The notes: generated by a model not told the origin, from the letters alone. A stretch of 62,986 nucleotides of DNA, filler included, from Gonapodya sp. JEL0774 (GCA_027604505.1; 53 parts of 53 records of this genome joined end to end with filler, not necessarily neighbours in it); one strand, 5' to 3'. Positions 26,288-39,377 are shown, counted from the first letter of the whole stretch. A program made the numbers and translations.

Positions 26288-27378
26288 AATTGTGGTTTGT
26301 GCGTTGCGATCCGTTGGCTCATCAGCATTGGGTATTTGATCCGGCTCCTCAAGATAGGCGAGATCGGTCTCATCCTCAGCAGGTGGGTCACCTTTATCCA
26401 AGTCGATATCGGGAGAGCCAAGGACAATGTCTCGGGCTGCGCGGGTGGAATCGTCTATGGCGTAGAAGGGTTTGAGACGTTGGACGTGCGTCACTACTCG
26501 GCGTTCACGACCCCTTAGTGTCATGTTTATAGCGTAGTTTACGGGTGATATTTTCTCAATAATGCGGAATGGGCCTCTCCAGGGTCGCAAGAGTTTGAGT
26601 ACTTTGCCGGAGTTTGGTTTGATGCGGGGGATATAAACAAGTACTCGTTGTCCAATTTCATATGAAACGTCCCGGTGAGTAAGGTCATACATCGTTTTGT
26701 TATAAGCTTGCTGGCGTATTACGTTCTGTCGGACTCGTGCGTAAGCGGCGTTAAGGTTCTTAAGTATGTTCTTTCGCAGGTCATTCGCTTTGTCAAACAC
26801 TTCGAGTACATTGTTTGTGTTATCTGCGTTTAATTGCACGTCTGCAAATGGTATGTCAATTGGTAGCCGGGCGTCGCGTCCATAGCGGAGGAAGAAGGGT
26901 GTCTCGAGAGTGGTGGGGTGGAATGAAGTGTTGTACGCGAAGGTGAGTACATCAAGGTGTTGGTCCCAGTCTTTTTGGTCATCCCGAACGTAAGAAGCAA
27001 TTAGGGTACTCAGCGTTTTGTTAAAACGTTCCGTGAGTCCGTTGGTTTGAGGGTGGTAAGCGGTGGTGCGTACACGGGTGGTTCGAAATGCTTCGCAAAT
27101 TTGCCGCACAAGTCGATGAAGTAAATTGGCACCTTGGTCACTGAGTAGGCGTAATGGAGCTCCTGACTGGAAAATAACATGGTGAAGTAACCAATTTGCA
27201 ATTGTCGATGCTTTTGCGTTACGAAGTGCACCAGTCCAAGCCCATTTGTCTCCGTCATCCGTTACCACAACAATCCATTTGTTTCCCTTCGAAGAGCGCC
27301 TGAACGGGCCCAAGAGGTCGATGCCGAGGGTGTGATTGGGCGATGGGATTTGTTTTGGTTGAAGGAGTCCAGGGGGCA
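26288..27378 (-). mobile_element. Ty3/Gypsy LTR retrotransposon integrase region, intact frame
   Basis: DDE triad in GIDLLGP / LLSDQG / TAYHPQTNGLTERFN, plus the GPF motif PWRGPFRI. No introns or stops. Confidence 0.96.
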
Positions 27379-27490
27379 NNNNNNNNNNNNNNNNNNNNNN
27401 NNNNNNNNNNNNNNNNNNNNNNTTAATTAATTAANNNNNNNNNNNNNNNNNNNNNNNNNNNNNNNNNNNNNNNNNNNNAGTGCGACTCAC

Positions 27491-27930
27491 CTTCCAAGTG
27501 GTCAAACTCCTCAAAGCTCCACATAAAACGTCATGCCGAGACTGGATCATGATATCTCGGCAGTGCTCAGAACAAACGTAGACGGAATCGCACTTCCTGC
27601 TCGAGTTTGTTTCTGGATACTGTTGCAGGATCATTCAGGAAAGCCGAACTCGACTCACCGGCAACGTATCGAGAGCTGTCCGCCCTTTCTTTCCAATAAA
27701 CACGATGCACATACTCGCTTTCGAAAACTATCGAAGACGGCTTGGCAATACGGCACTCCTTGAAAGACGACCCTGTCGGATTCAATTCGATCCTTGGCCG
27801 CGAGGTGTCTACCCTCTGCTCGCGAATAGAGTACATCAATAGGAAAAGGCTCGAGCGCAGATGCCACGGGAAGACTGATTGAAGGGGACAGGTGCTCTGG
27901 AGACGACTCAGAGATATCAGCAATCTGCAT
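27491..27930 (-). CDS. SET and MYND domain protein (SMYD/Set6-like), N-terminus
   Basis: GRHLAAKDRIESDRVVF...PY (SET-N), CASC...IRC, then KCDSVYVCSEHC...HDVLC (MYND). Confidence 0.8.
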
Positions 27931-28069
27931 TGGATCAATACGAGAGAAGCTTACGTACCGCTTCGCGAAACCAAAAATAAAAAATAGGAAATCTCATATT
28001 AAAGACTTCTTCAGATGGCTGCTTTCGCAATATTTGTTTTGGTACAAGGTCAAAATTGACGCCCTCCAT

Positions 28070-28569
28070 CTACTCTCCGATTTTCCCCTCTCCCCACTCC
28101 CTCACTCCATTCGCAAACGACTCCACAAGCTTCTTGTGGTACTTAAGTCCATCCATATATTGTTCCTCCTCCAAATCTTGGTTTGTCAACCAGTCCAGAA
28201 TTCCAACGGCACAGACACCTTCCCGTGCATCCAGAAGCCCCACGGCCAGGTCCAGAACACCAGGCCTGCGTGTATTAGCATAGAAGATGGTGGCGCCACA
28301 GGTACCGCAGAACGTGCGAGTTACCCTCTCGGACGATTGATAAGACTTGGAAGACCCAAAGAGAAGGTCACTGGGGAAAGGTACCTCCCCAGCCTCGTCA
28401 ACTGATAACGCGGTGATAGGGAGAAACGCCCATGGCATTATCGTGACCCCCGCTGCGAGACGGCATGAATCGCAGTAGCAATTCAACGCATGCCACTTGG
28501 AAGTATCCTTCCCAACCAATCCGCATTTGACCAAGAGATTGGATGGAGCAAAGTCTATCTCCGGTATGG
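28070..28569 (-). CDS. GFA/CENP-V (Mss4-like) domain protein, C-terminal part
   Basis: CYCDSCRLAAG and YQSSERVTRTFCGTCGATIFY. Confidence 0.88.
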
Positions 28570-29620
28570 NNNNNNNNNNNNNNNNNNNNNNNNNNNNNNN
28601 NNNNNNNNNNNNNTTAATTAATTAANNNNNNNNNNNNNNNNNNNNNNNNNNNNNNNNNNNNNNNNNNNNCCCACCAGCACCACCGCCGGGGTCACCGTCC
28701 GCTCCACCGTCCGTCGGTTGAGAGAACTGGTGGAGGCGTAGACGGGTGGTGCGTGTGTTTGGGCCGTGGTGGTGTGTGTGCTCGGGCGTGTGTCCCCGTG
28801 CGTCGTTTCTCGGGCCGCTGCATGGGTGTACCCGCCCCGCGTGCCTGTACGCGTGGGAGATTGTGGAGAGGCCGTTGGAGGCTCGGTGCAGGTGTTGTTG
28901 GTAGATCGTGAACGGGGACGGTTCTCTGTGTTCGGTGGGTCGGAGTTGAGTGGCCGTCGGGGCGAGTTGAGATATGGATATTTCGCGAATAATATGCAAT
29001 CATGATTGAAACACATGATCCTGTGCTGCTGGTGATGGTTGTATTTGTCTCCACTTCTAAGCCATCCGCGTGCTGGCGGCCTGACTGGCGAAGTACATAC
29101 CTTTCGACACCCCCACAAGAACAGTACACTCATCTCTGCACATTACACATCTCTACATACGTACATACACGGATTCTCTCTGGAGACTTGACTTGCATCC
29201 CCTGCCTCGCGCCGCGCGTGCTCCCTCGGCGCCGATTCGGCGCCCTCATCCGATTCGGTACCGCTCCCTCGTCCCTCGCGTCGGCCAAACCCCCCGCGCA
29301 CGAAGGGGGTTGTGGAGTTGGAAAATTGAGATCTTCGGGTTGCGAATACGGCGGGTAGAGAGCTCGGGGTGTGGAGGGTCTGTGGGGTTGGTCGACGAAT
29401 GAAACTGCGATTTGTCGGGAAACGTTTCAACCATAACCAGCCCTCCACTCCAATATCATTTGCTTTCACGCAATATTTTGTACTACGTGATTTCTCTTCT
29501 CTCCAATTTTGTGTTCGGGAGCTGTCCCGATCGCCTGCGAGGGTCCAACCGAACCCCTCGCTCCCCTTCCGTTTCAGGCCACACTCGCACCACCACCGAT
29601 ACCCAATCCCATCCGAACCC

Positions 29621-29738
29621 ATGTCGTCCCCCACGGACGATACGAGCGCCGGCCAGGTACCTGCCTCGTACCATGTTTTGGAACAGACGTTCGCGGCCAT
29701 GGGGTTCGTGTGTTGGTCGTTTCAACTCGTGCCACAGG
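29621..29738 (+). CDS. PQ-loop membrane protein, first exon
   Basis: LEQTFAAMGFVCWSFQLVPQ followed by a splice donor. Confidence 0.75.
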
Positions 29739-30080
29739 GTGAGTGGGCCGGGACGGGGGCNNNNNNNNNNNNNNNNNNNNNNNNNNNNNNNNNNNNNNNN
29801 NNNNTTAATTAATTAANNNNNNNNNNNNNNNNNNNNNNNNNNNNNNNNNNNNNNNNNNNNTGTATCGTCCAGTTCCAGTTGTCCGATTGACAACCGCAGG
29901 ATTTGACATATTTGTATCGCAGCGCGGCTTGATGAGATTCCTTCTCAAGGGAAAATCGAGACCGAGCTGAGAAGAATGAGAAAGAGCGGGGATATTGGAG
30001 GCTCGGACTCCTCGTGCAGCTTTCTCAACCGGCTCCACTGCAACCGAAGAACATCAAGTTTACTTCGATCCCACGGGAGC

Positions 30081-30843
30081 ATGACCGCGAATACTCCAAA
30101 CATCCGAGAATTTCAACAGATCCTTTACAGTACCATACATGATGGGACGATCGCTGTCATTTCGCTCAACAGACCTCGTTATAGGAACGCCATTTCAAGG
30201 TGGACGGATGTGCTCAGCTTCGTGAACTGAATGGCATTCGACAATACCACTCTAATCACTCTTCGGTGTTACTCTGCTAGGATTATGACACTGGAGCTTG
30301 ACAGAGCTTTTCGATTCGCCATCGTGGATCCGAAAGTCAGAATTGTCGTTCTGGTAAAGATCCTCCGAGGGCCGGATTACATCGTCCTTCCACCACCATT
30401 GACTAAGCATTTTCCATTACCACAGCGTGGTGAGGGCGACAGCTTCAGTTCCGGGCACGATCTTGGAACTCCGGAACAAAATGTGCGTTTCCCCACTCCC
30501 CTACATTTTTCTCCAAATTTTCTTCCGCAAAGACGGACCACTTTCTTTCGATCCTTCAAGGCTGACCAAGTTTGGTCCTACTACAAAGCGCAAGGCATGC
30601 GAGGTGACTATGAGACGTGGTCAGACCTTGACGTCGAAGCCGTATGTTCTTCCGCAGCCTTGTCGCTTGATGTCCAAGCTGTTTCAAACGTGCATCGAAC
30701 GCCAAGTGTCTCCGCTGGAGATCCATTCCCAAACCCGTCATCTGCGCTGCCAAGGGCTTTGTGATATACCACGGTTACGCTCTGATGAGTGTTGCCGACG
30801 TGATTGTCGCATCGGAGGACGTCAAGTTGATGCCTACTCTGTG
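30081..30843 (+). CDS. Enoyl-CoA hydratase/isomerase family protein, multi-exon, partial
   Basis: IAVISLNRPRYRNAIS, RGEGDSFSSGHDLG, WRSIPKPVICAAKG, DVIVASED. Confidence 0.9.
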
Positions 30844-31050
30844 TGAGTTTTTGAGACGCTCAAGAGCAACACAGCTTGAGTTCATGTGGGGCTGCTGGCG
30901 AATTTCCTCGTTGAGAGCGCTGGATGCTAGTGTCACATCCTAAATGTCGANNNNNNNNNNNNNNNNNNNNNNNNNNNNNNNNNNNNNNNNNNNNTTAATT
31001 AATTAANNNNNNNNNNNNNNNNNNNNNNNNNNNNNNNNNNNNNNNNNNNN

Positions 31051-31488
31051 GCCGATTTCGTTCCCCGTACACCCGGGTATTGCGGTACGAAAGGCGCTGT
31101 GAAAGCGACGAGAGACCTTGGGCACTCGTTTGTAGAACGTGGCGGGTGGGAGAAGGCGGAAGATGCGCTGGAGGATTTCGATGGGTAGATGATCGACGGT
31201 GGTCGCAATGCCATGAGAAAGTGAGGTGGGACTTTCAGTCGCGCAAAGATCGGGTACCGAGTTTGCTTGGTATGAACCAGGCATTGAGTACTCCGGGTCC
31301 AAACCATCCCGCTCACATTGAAGCGGCTCGAACGATGTGTTTTGACGGTCGTGTGGTTCGGCACTTGGCGGTACATCGTTCTCGGTGCAGCTGGACTGTG
31401 GTAATACATTGGCAATCGCCGCATCCATGGACCTTTCTTCGACGCAAGACGGTTCCCGGTTAGGCTGAGTTAATGTGCGAGCATCCAT
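31051..31488 (-). CDS. F-box protein, partial
   Basis: DHLPIEILQRIFRLLPP...VPKVSRRF. Confidence 0.75.
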
Positions 31489-32302
31489 AGCAAGCGTGGT
31501 GACTCTAGAGAAGAAAGAGGACCTGGAAAGAGCTGTGGTGGAAGTGGGGGTCTGCAAGAGACTATCCACAGCACAATCGGTGCAAATATCATGGGTACGC
31601 AAAAACTTGGGTGTAATTCAGCTGGAATGGCATAGACTTCTTTCCTGGAGGAAACTTCAAGGTTCTTGCAGTTTTGATCGTCCCTAATGAGCCCCAAATG
31701 CTCAAGACAAAGATCCAACAAGGAACACACTAGTCGGTATATTGCACTCGTTCTCGCTGTCATGACTATTTTATGCTTGGTTGCAAGAACCTACTCGGCG
31801 CCAGTCCCGATGCTCACACGTCGATCGCCTATTCGACCCCGGATGATTCTTCGGATGGTGTGCGGGGACTATAGCTGCTTCTTTAATCTCGATCTAGCAA
31901 GCTGCGAGAGCAGCGTGCCTAGAGTATCAACAGAAGATTAGTTAATGAATTTCATAGAAACCTGAAGGAGCAGTCAATAATTTCAACAAAGATTGGCTGG
32001 CTTCATGCCACAGAACTATAAGTTTCAGTCCATCTTGATCTCACGCATTAGCACATTGTTGCTAGAGAGCCCGTAAGAGGATCTAAACTTTCCCATCTTT
32101 TCCGTCATCAATGGTTTTGTCGACTGGTCAATTTTACCTTNNNNNNNNNNNNNNNNNNNNNNNNNNNNNNNNNNNNNNNNNNNNTTAATTAATTAANNNN
32201 NNNNNNNNNNNNNNNNNNNNNNNNNNNNNNNNNNNNNNNNTACAAAGCATCGATCGCAGGGCCAAAGCACCCACCAGTCCTGGTAAGAAACGCAAGACTT
32301 CT

Positions 32303-32349
32303 TCGAGCCCCGCTGCTTGCCCGAGCAGCGGGGCTCGAGCAGCGGGGCT
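32303..32349. repeat. 15-bp perfect inverted repeat with a tandemly duplicated arm
   Basis: TCGAGCCCCGCTGCT (32303-32317) pairs with AGCAGCGGGGCTCGA (32324-32338). CGAGCAGCGGGGCT occurs twice in tandem (32322-32349). Confidence 0.9.
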
Positions 32350-34620
32350 TGTTGAAGTCTTGCGTTTCAAAAGCGGGACCGATAAGAACAACGACAGCCC
32401 GCGGAAAACCAAGGCCACGCCGCTGCGAAACCTAGCCTCACTGAACGAATGCTGAAGACTTGAGTTCGGGACGCCGGATTCGGAGAAATGAAACCGTCAA
32501 ACCCCGAAAGCTGCAACATTTACCATGGCACATCGTCCTTGCAACGACGGCATATTACGACGGCTCCAACAGCTCGCCCACACACATTGGAGCGGCCCAC
32601 AGCGATGACAACGCTGTGGCAAAAAGTCGCTGTCATTTTTCACAATAAACTGCCGGAATAGTAGACCAGAGATGAGGGATTCAATTCGATGGTGGAAACT
32701 TTGGCAAATCACTCTGACCGCTAAGCACAAGAACTGAGCGGCCCTCTATGATTCACGCTTATGGGCTATAAGTATTAATGTCGTTTCTCACGCAAAGGAT
32801 GTCCCATATTCTGTGAGGGAGTATGGACGGAGTCCAATTCATGCTCACCAACGTCCACGATCCTCAAGTTGGATAGAAAATACCACCGTGTGCACCAAGT
32901 CTCACATTTATGAGAAGGACACATCGCATGGTCAATGATGACTTGTGAGTCGCTTGTTGTACCGAAGCCGACGTCAACTACATTGAATGATTGCACACTT
33001 TGTCGACGACGTTTTGCGTGTAGACGCGTGAAGATGCGAGCAGCTGACTCCTGATGTATTATACCATTGCGTAATTTGATATCCGTTCCAATTATGTAAC
33101 TTCCTCCGCTAGGTGTGGTGTGCCATATGTACATACCACATAAATACATAATCTGTGCGCTCCCACTCCGTCAAACCCACTTCACGGCACCGATGGGATC
33201 TCGACTGGAACTTCTGTCCCCCGATGGTGACCTCATCTTGTCTTCTTATCCATTCTCCCCTTTCTTTTCTCTTTATGTGACTGCCCCATTCCCCCATTCC
33301 CAATTCCCCGTTCCCTGTTCTCTTCCCCACNNNNNNNNNNNNNNNNNNNNNNNNNNNNNNNNNNNNNNNNNNNNTTAATTAATTAANNNNNNNNNNNNNN
33401 NNNNNNNNNNNNNNNNNNNNNNNNNNNNNNTTCAACTGAGCTCGAGTTCCCACTGAGATCACTCGTCCACCGCGGTCATTCGGTCTCTACGTCTCTCTCA
33501 ACACTCGTGTGGAGCGTTTTCATTCCTCGGATCGTTACTTAGCGTACGCCCTCCATCTTGATTCTCTGTGCCAGATGTTCCTGAACATCGTCACACACCA
33601 CTCTTCCCGTCCTCTCATGTGTGTCGCCCAGGAATGCACTCACGCCTAGTCCTCGTATAGAGGGTCACTGTTCCTTGGCTATACTACATCGAATGGGGCC
33701 GTACAACACCTGTGTTTTTGGACGGGATGATATACGAGGAACGCGAAGGACGATGGACAGGGAATTCTCCTTTGCTACGTGGTGTGGTAACTGGAACGAC
33801 ATCTCGCTGTGGCTGCCACCGTATGATGCACCGCTCAAGAAACCTGCCTTGCACCGACCAGTCCACAAATGAAACCCTTTGAATACGGACCTCACCCCAC
33901 CCGCCTGCGGTATGATCTCCATATTGCTGAAATGACTTGACACTACATGGCTTCATTGTCGGACCGTATTCGTGGCGAGGTGCAGGAGGGTCTGTACACC
34001 GGCTGGAGCACTCACGTCGTGTTACCCAAGGGGTTCATTTACACCTCCGCGGATTCGGATTTGGCTTTTGACTGACGGATCGCAAACGAAATGCACTAGT
34101 GAATAGGCCAGATGCGGACATGAACGTGTTCAATGGTCGATGTACTAGCGTCGACAACGAAGAGTCTTCGGAGCTGCTCCCCGGGCCGCTGGGTTTCAAG
34201 ATAGGTGTGCGAGCAATCGACGGTGTCTTCTACTCGGTCATCTTTGAAGTCCGCACTAACCGCGATCAGCGCCAAGGCCATGTGGCCGGATCTTTTTCAC
34301 GGCAGGCCATTGCGCTGGCGATGTGTCAGCCCACCTGGTTAGCGTGGTGATTTGCTTCGCGATGCAGACTTGACCATGTTTTCCTTATTGAATGCCATTC
34401 TGTTATGTTGTTCTCCGATATGGCACACGATGATGATTCGATATGCTGGAAGAGCGAACTCTGGCGACCAAAGTGGCATGTCTTAGTACGTAGCGTATGG
34501 AGCTCTCAGGACCCACTATTNNNNNNNNNNNNNNNNNNNNNNNNNNNNNNNNNNNNNNNNNNNNTTAATTAATTAANNNNNNNNNNNNNNNNNNNNNNNN
34601 NNNNNNNNNNNNNNNNNNNN

Positions 34621-35710
34621 AAAGAACTCGTCCGTCGCACAGGTGTCGACCCAAAGGATATCGACGACGTCGTGTTGGGCTGCGTTTCCCAGATTGGCTC
34701 ACAGTCCGGCAACTTGGGAAGGATGGCAGTCTTGGCGGCGGGGTTCCCAGAGAGTGTCCCAGGGACCACAGTGGATAGGCAGGTGAGTAGCAGCGAGTGC
34801 GAGCGAGCTAGTCTCTCGATCGAAGGGAGGCAGTCCTCCGGAGGCGAATGAACTCATATCGCCGAAGGCAATTGACATCCGCCGGAGACAGTGACCCATT
34901 GGTCCCATTGGACATCCGCCCGAGGCAATTGACACTTTGACCCAATGCACGCATTGCACCCATCTGACCCACTCGACGTTGTACCGTTTGACCACCCCCT
35001 TTTCTTAGTGCGGTTCCTCCCAACAAGCCGTGCACTTCGCGGCGCAGGCTGTCATGTCCGGGACCCAGGACATCGTGATCGCTTGCGGTGAGTACAGTTA
35101 CAGTGAGCCTCAGGCGAGCTTGGATCCCCCGACCGAGGGACAAGAAGGCCGAAGTCCGGTCAAGCGGGCCGTTCAGGTGACCAATGACCAGGCTGTGACC
35201 GGATGACCTGGTCTGACCCTTTGTGCTGACCAATGACCAGATGACTTGGTCTGACCCTTTGTTGGTCCTTGAACCTGCCTCTTCACCACGGTTTTACCTA
35301 CCCACCCACCGCTCCTTCACCTCACCTCCTTCACTTGTTCAACCCGGCCCCCTCCACCCTCCAGGCGTCGAAATGATGTCCCTCGTCCCCATCGGCGCCT
35401 CTGTGGTCGACGGTCTCAAGAACGGCCGCGGCCGGTCCGAAGACTCGCTCAACATCAAGGCCCGGTACGGCCAGTCGATCCAATTCTCCCAGTTTGAAGG
35501 CGCCGAAATCGTTGCCGAGACCTACAACGTGACGCGGGACGAAATCGACTCGTTCGCCGCCGCCAGCCACGCCAAGGCCTGGTCCGCCACCAAGCGTGGT
35601 CTGTTCAAGGCCGAGATCGTGCCCGTGCAGGGGGTGGACAAGGCCGGCAAACCCGTCGTGCACGACCAGGACGAAGGGATCCGTCCCGAGACCACGGTGG
35701 CCACGCTTTC
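34621..35710 (+). CDS. Thiolase (acetyl-CoA C-acyltransferase), bacterial FadA-like, fragment
   Basis: IDDVVLGCVSQIG, GTTVDRQ|CGSSQQAVHFAAQAVMSG, GVEMMS, SQFEGAEIVA, DEGIRPET. Confidence 0.95.
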
Positions 35711-36459
35711 NNNNNNNNNNNNNNNNNNNNNNNNNNNNNNNNNNNNNNNNNNNNTTAATTAATTAANNNNNNNNNNNNNNNNNNNNNNNNNNNNNNNNNN
35801 NNNNNNNNNNACATTCATGGGTGATGTGCGGAAAACTCGGAAGCCCAGCGAGAAAATCCAGATGAAATACACGTGTTAGTGGTTGTGACATTCCTGGGAT
35901 CAGCCTGGCAACCGGACGTCTCCCTATTGAGCTTCCCTTCACCGAACTATGCACTAAGACGCAAGCGCCGAATGTTCCTGAACTGATGGGACAAATTCTG
36001 AGAATCAGCAAGTCGCGTATGGTCATGCCTGAAATCCATAATCAAACAGATGTGCATCCCATGAAGGTGTGGTGAAATGTCCCAAGAAGGTTGCGTGCAG
36101 GATCCAGGTAGCTGAGCGCGCATCCAACGCCGCAACGGTCAGATTCCTGACAGTTGAGAGCAGAAAAATGTATCCACGGAAGGTTGGAAAAGAGAAGGCG
36201 TTTTCCGCTTCACTCTCTGGTGCTCTTCACAAAGTTTGGAGCGTACGTAGTCGTTGTGGCTTCTTCCCGCCTGGCACTAAAAGCGCTTTGGCCGCGACTG
36301 AGGCAAAATAGTCAACCCGAGTATTGCAAACAGATGGTGGTCACAGATCCGTGCCGTTCGCCGTCAGGATGTCTGCGATCGCTTCGGCGTCACCTCCCTC
36401 CATTTTCGTTGGAAATGCTAACCTTTCGATGGCCACCGGTGCGAACCTTATAAGCTGTT

Positions 36460-36789
36460 TCATGTGTCGACCCAAAACCTCTGGTGTGAGGCGAGAGACT
36501 GAGATCGAAAGGGGAGCGTTTGTTTGTTGCAGCAGTGATTAAGCACGAGTGGCCCCGAGGCCCTTGAACCCATTGGAACAGGGGAAGCCATTGCGGACGC
36601 AAAGATCCTATGTCTGTGAGAGCGTACTTCTGAAACGTAACGTCGAAAACAAGGAACGCCTTCAGTGGTGAGCGAAGAGACGAGATTGCGAAAACGGCGA
36701 GACGTCCAGATGACAGAGGAGAAAATATGCCGCGGGGGAATGCAAAGAATAATCTTGAGGAGTATCTCATCGGGGATGGAGGACAGCAT
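36460..36789 (-). CDS. F-box protein N-terminus, possibly degenerate
   Basis: MLSSIPDEILLKIILCIPPRHIF...TSRRF. Confidence 0.65.
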   Translation of the reverse strand: MLSSIPDEILLKIILCIPPRHIFSSVIWTSRRFRNLVSSLTTEGVPCFRRYVSEVRSHRHRIFASAMASPVPMGSRASGPLVLNHCCNKQTLPFRSQSLASHQRFWVDT

Positions 36790-36999
36790 CGTGGCCCAGG
36801 TGGAAAGATCAAGCGAATGATTCTGTCGGTAGCTGAGCACAGCGGAAGATGCTGCCAGGAGCCTAACGGGAGACCGACTCTGCCGTGCCAACTCGGTATN
36901 NNNNNNNNNNNNNNNNNNNNNNNNNNNNNNNNNNNNNNNNNNNTTAATTAATTAANNNNNNNNNNNNNNNNNNNNNNNNNNNNNNNNNNNNNNNNNNNN

Positions 37000-38008
37000 G
37001 AGAGTACTCACCAAAGTGTGCGTTCCCTTGTCCGAATGGAATGTCGAGCGTGGACGTTGCGGTCTTGAAGTACATGCCATGGGGTTCCATGATTTCGGCA
37101 TTGAAAGCCTTCGCAAAGCGAGCCACGCGCACTTGAAGGCGATTAATCTGAGGAGCGGTGGACATGCATGGTGTTGGTGGGAATGGATACATACGATTGA
37201 AAGCCGATCGAGATGGCAAAATGCAGCTCGCAAACGGGGGAGAAATAAGCAAAATACGCACTTTGTAGCACCAACAAGGCAACCCGACAAAAGAGATCCA
37301 GCACAAGACTGAGAAAGCGCAAAGAAGAGGGGTGGCAGCTTACGATTGAGTATGCGTGCAATTCAGAAGGTTTGCGAACCCGACACTCACTGTGAGTCGT
37401 CATCGAGTACGAGTCCTCATTCACAATTTCTGCAAACTGCGCCATCCACTTCGTCCTGGGAGGAGTGTGTGCGGATCATGATGCCACTTCTCAAGACCCG
37501 TTCATCCTCGACAAACATACCAGGTTGCCTGGTCTACCCCCCTCTTGAGAACATCCGGCGGGGCTCGCTGGATGAGTTCTTCAGATAGGGCGTGTCTGTC
37601 CCCGCAGCAGGGCGACTAATTAATGTAAGCAGTCAGGTATCACGGGTGATTCTTAGCTCACACAATATTGGTCAGCGCACCCGTCAAGGACAACTTACTT
37701 TGAACACATCGAGTATCAGTCTTTCGGCTGTTGGCGCAGGGCGAGGGAGGTCACTGACAGTGTGGAGGCCCGCCGAACGATTATTTCGGTCAACTGATCA
37801 ACAAATGAGCACACGCAATGGAGTCCTTCACATACGCCCCGATGGCGGAGCCATCTGCCGCAAATCGCACGTTAGGGCTCCCGTCCGTCTTGCGATATCC
37901 CAGAGTGGGCAATGCGGCAGGTTGTGATGCGACGTAATAAGTCGGCGGAAGCAGAGGTGTTGGGGACGATGATTCTGCAATTGCCGGAAACACTTTGTTG
38001 TCGGACAT
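37000..38008 (-). CDS. Hypothetical multi-exon protein
   Basis: Several GT-AG-bounded open segments (LSEELIQRAPPDVLKRGVD; FNAEIMEPHGMYFK). No family assigned. Confidence 0.35.
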
Positions 38009-39377
38009 GGCGGCGTGATTCTGGTCAGCAAGTGGCCGTGAAGTCCCGAGCTCCCCGGATGATGGGAAATTCGAGCACTCATGCCTGGNNNNNNNNNNNN
38101 NNNNNNNNNNNNNNNNNNNNNNNNNNNNNNNNTTAATTAATTAANNNNNNNNNNNNNNNNNNNNNNNNNNNNNNNNNNNNNNNNNNNNCTCTCACAAGAT
38201 CAAAAGGACTCTCTGCGGCAACTCGTGCAAGTCAAGAGCCACCATCAGATCACCCCGGAAGTGCAGAGGGAGATAGACACTTCGGAGGCAAGGAATGAGG
38301 TTGGCGTAGACACGATGATGGAATGAGCCGGAAATCATTGCAACTGGTGGATGGCGGCGCTAGTAAGGGTGTCCACTCGAATTGTGCGGGAGTTCGAAGC
38401 GATGAAAATTTGATACCCACCGAGTTACACGATCCCTTTATGGTATTGTATTTTTCAGAGATATTATATCAATGCGCAATTGTTCGGGCGAGAAGGAATG
38501 CTCTGAATTTACACATCACGGAGACTTTGATCAGGTCAATGACGTTATGCCCGCGCCGGGGGGCGGGGGGGGCCAGCGTGCCCTGGCCCGGGGGGGGCCG
38601 GGGGGGGGGTTGGGGGGGGGGGAGGACGGGGAATCGGGAACAGATTGAGACTGGCTTGTGAAGACATACTACACCTGTGGTCCGNNNNNNNNNNCTCCTC
38701 CATTTTTACTTCCTTGCCGCTATTTCCCCCCCCCCCCCCCCCCCCCCCCCACTCTTTCATGAAGTGTGAAACGAACAGACTCCTGAGTGTGAAGCAAGTA
38801 CGACGTAATCCGCAAGACCACGCACTCAATACCTGTCTCGCGAGCACGACTTCCGATCAACTGTACCAGCCGGAGCTGATCATGTCAATCTGAGGAACGA
38901 GTGATAGGTGAGATCATATTACAATATAGCTTGTACTGTGAGTGCAAAGCGAGGCATCAATGCGTGTTTATCGGCTCGCCTCCATCGCCACCGCCGCGTC
39001 CACCCCAGCAAAGAACGGACCCTCTTTTTGATACCGTTCAAACCGTCCTGCGGTGTCGCGACCAAATACTGACGGGGTGTCGGGATGGAGAACGAGAGTT
39101 TCGATGATGGAGTATTTCCATTCCTGCACCGAGACATGACAAAAAACATGACGTTGAGCACGATAATGTATATCAATGGACTGCATTGCCAGTGGCGATC
39201 GGTTGGAAATCAGGACATACCTTGCCTATGCGCGAGTGGTCTGTGGATCGATCCAACAAAAAGTCGAGGATACCGACNNNNNNNNNNNNNNNNNNNNNNN
39301 NNNNNNNNNNNNNNNNNNNNNTTAATTAATTAANNNNNNNNNNNNNNNNNNNNNNNNNNNNNNNNNNNNNNNNNNNN

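Noticed and set aside
33760..33800. FATWCGNW resembling a thioredoxin active site
   Set aside because: No CxxC or CxxU, and no surrounding thioredoxin fold is recognisable.
29861..35710. Apparent beta-oxidation cluster (enoyl-CoA hydratase near thiolase) and other cross-contig neighbourhoods
   Set aside because: Contigs are ordered by length, so adjacency is arbitrary.
38550..38750. Poly-G and poly-C tracts suggesting a G-quadruplex or inverted repeat
   Set aside because: They flank an internal 10-N gap and look like low-quality read ends.
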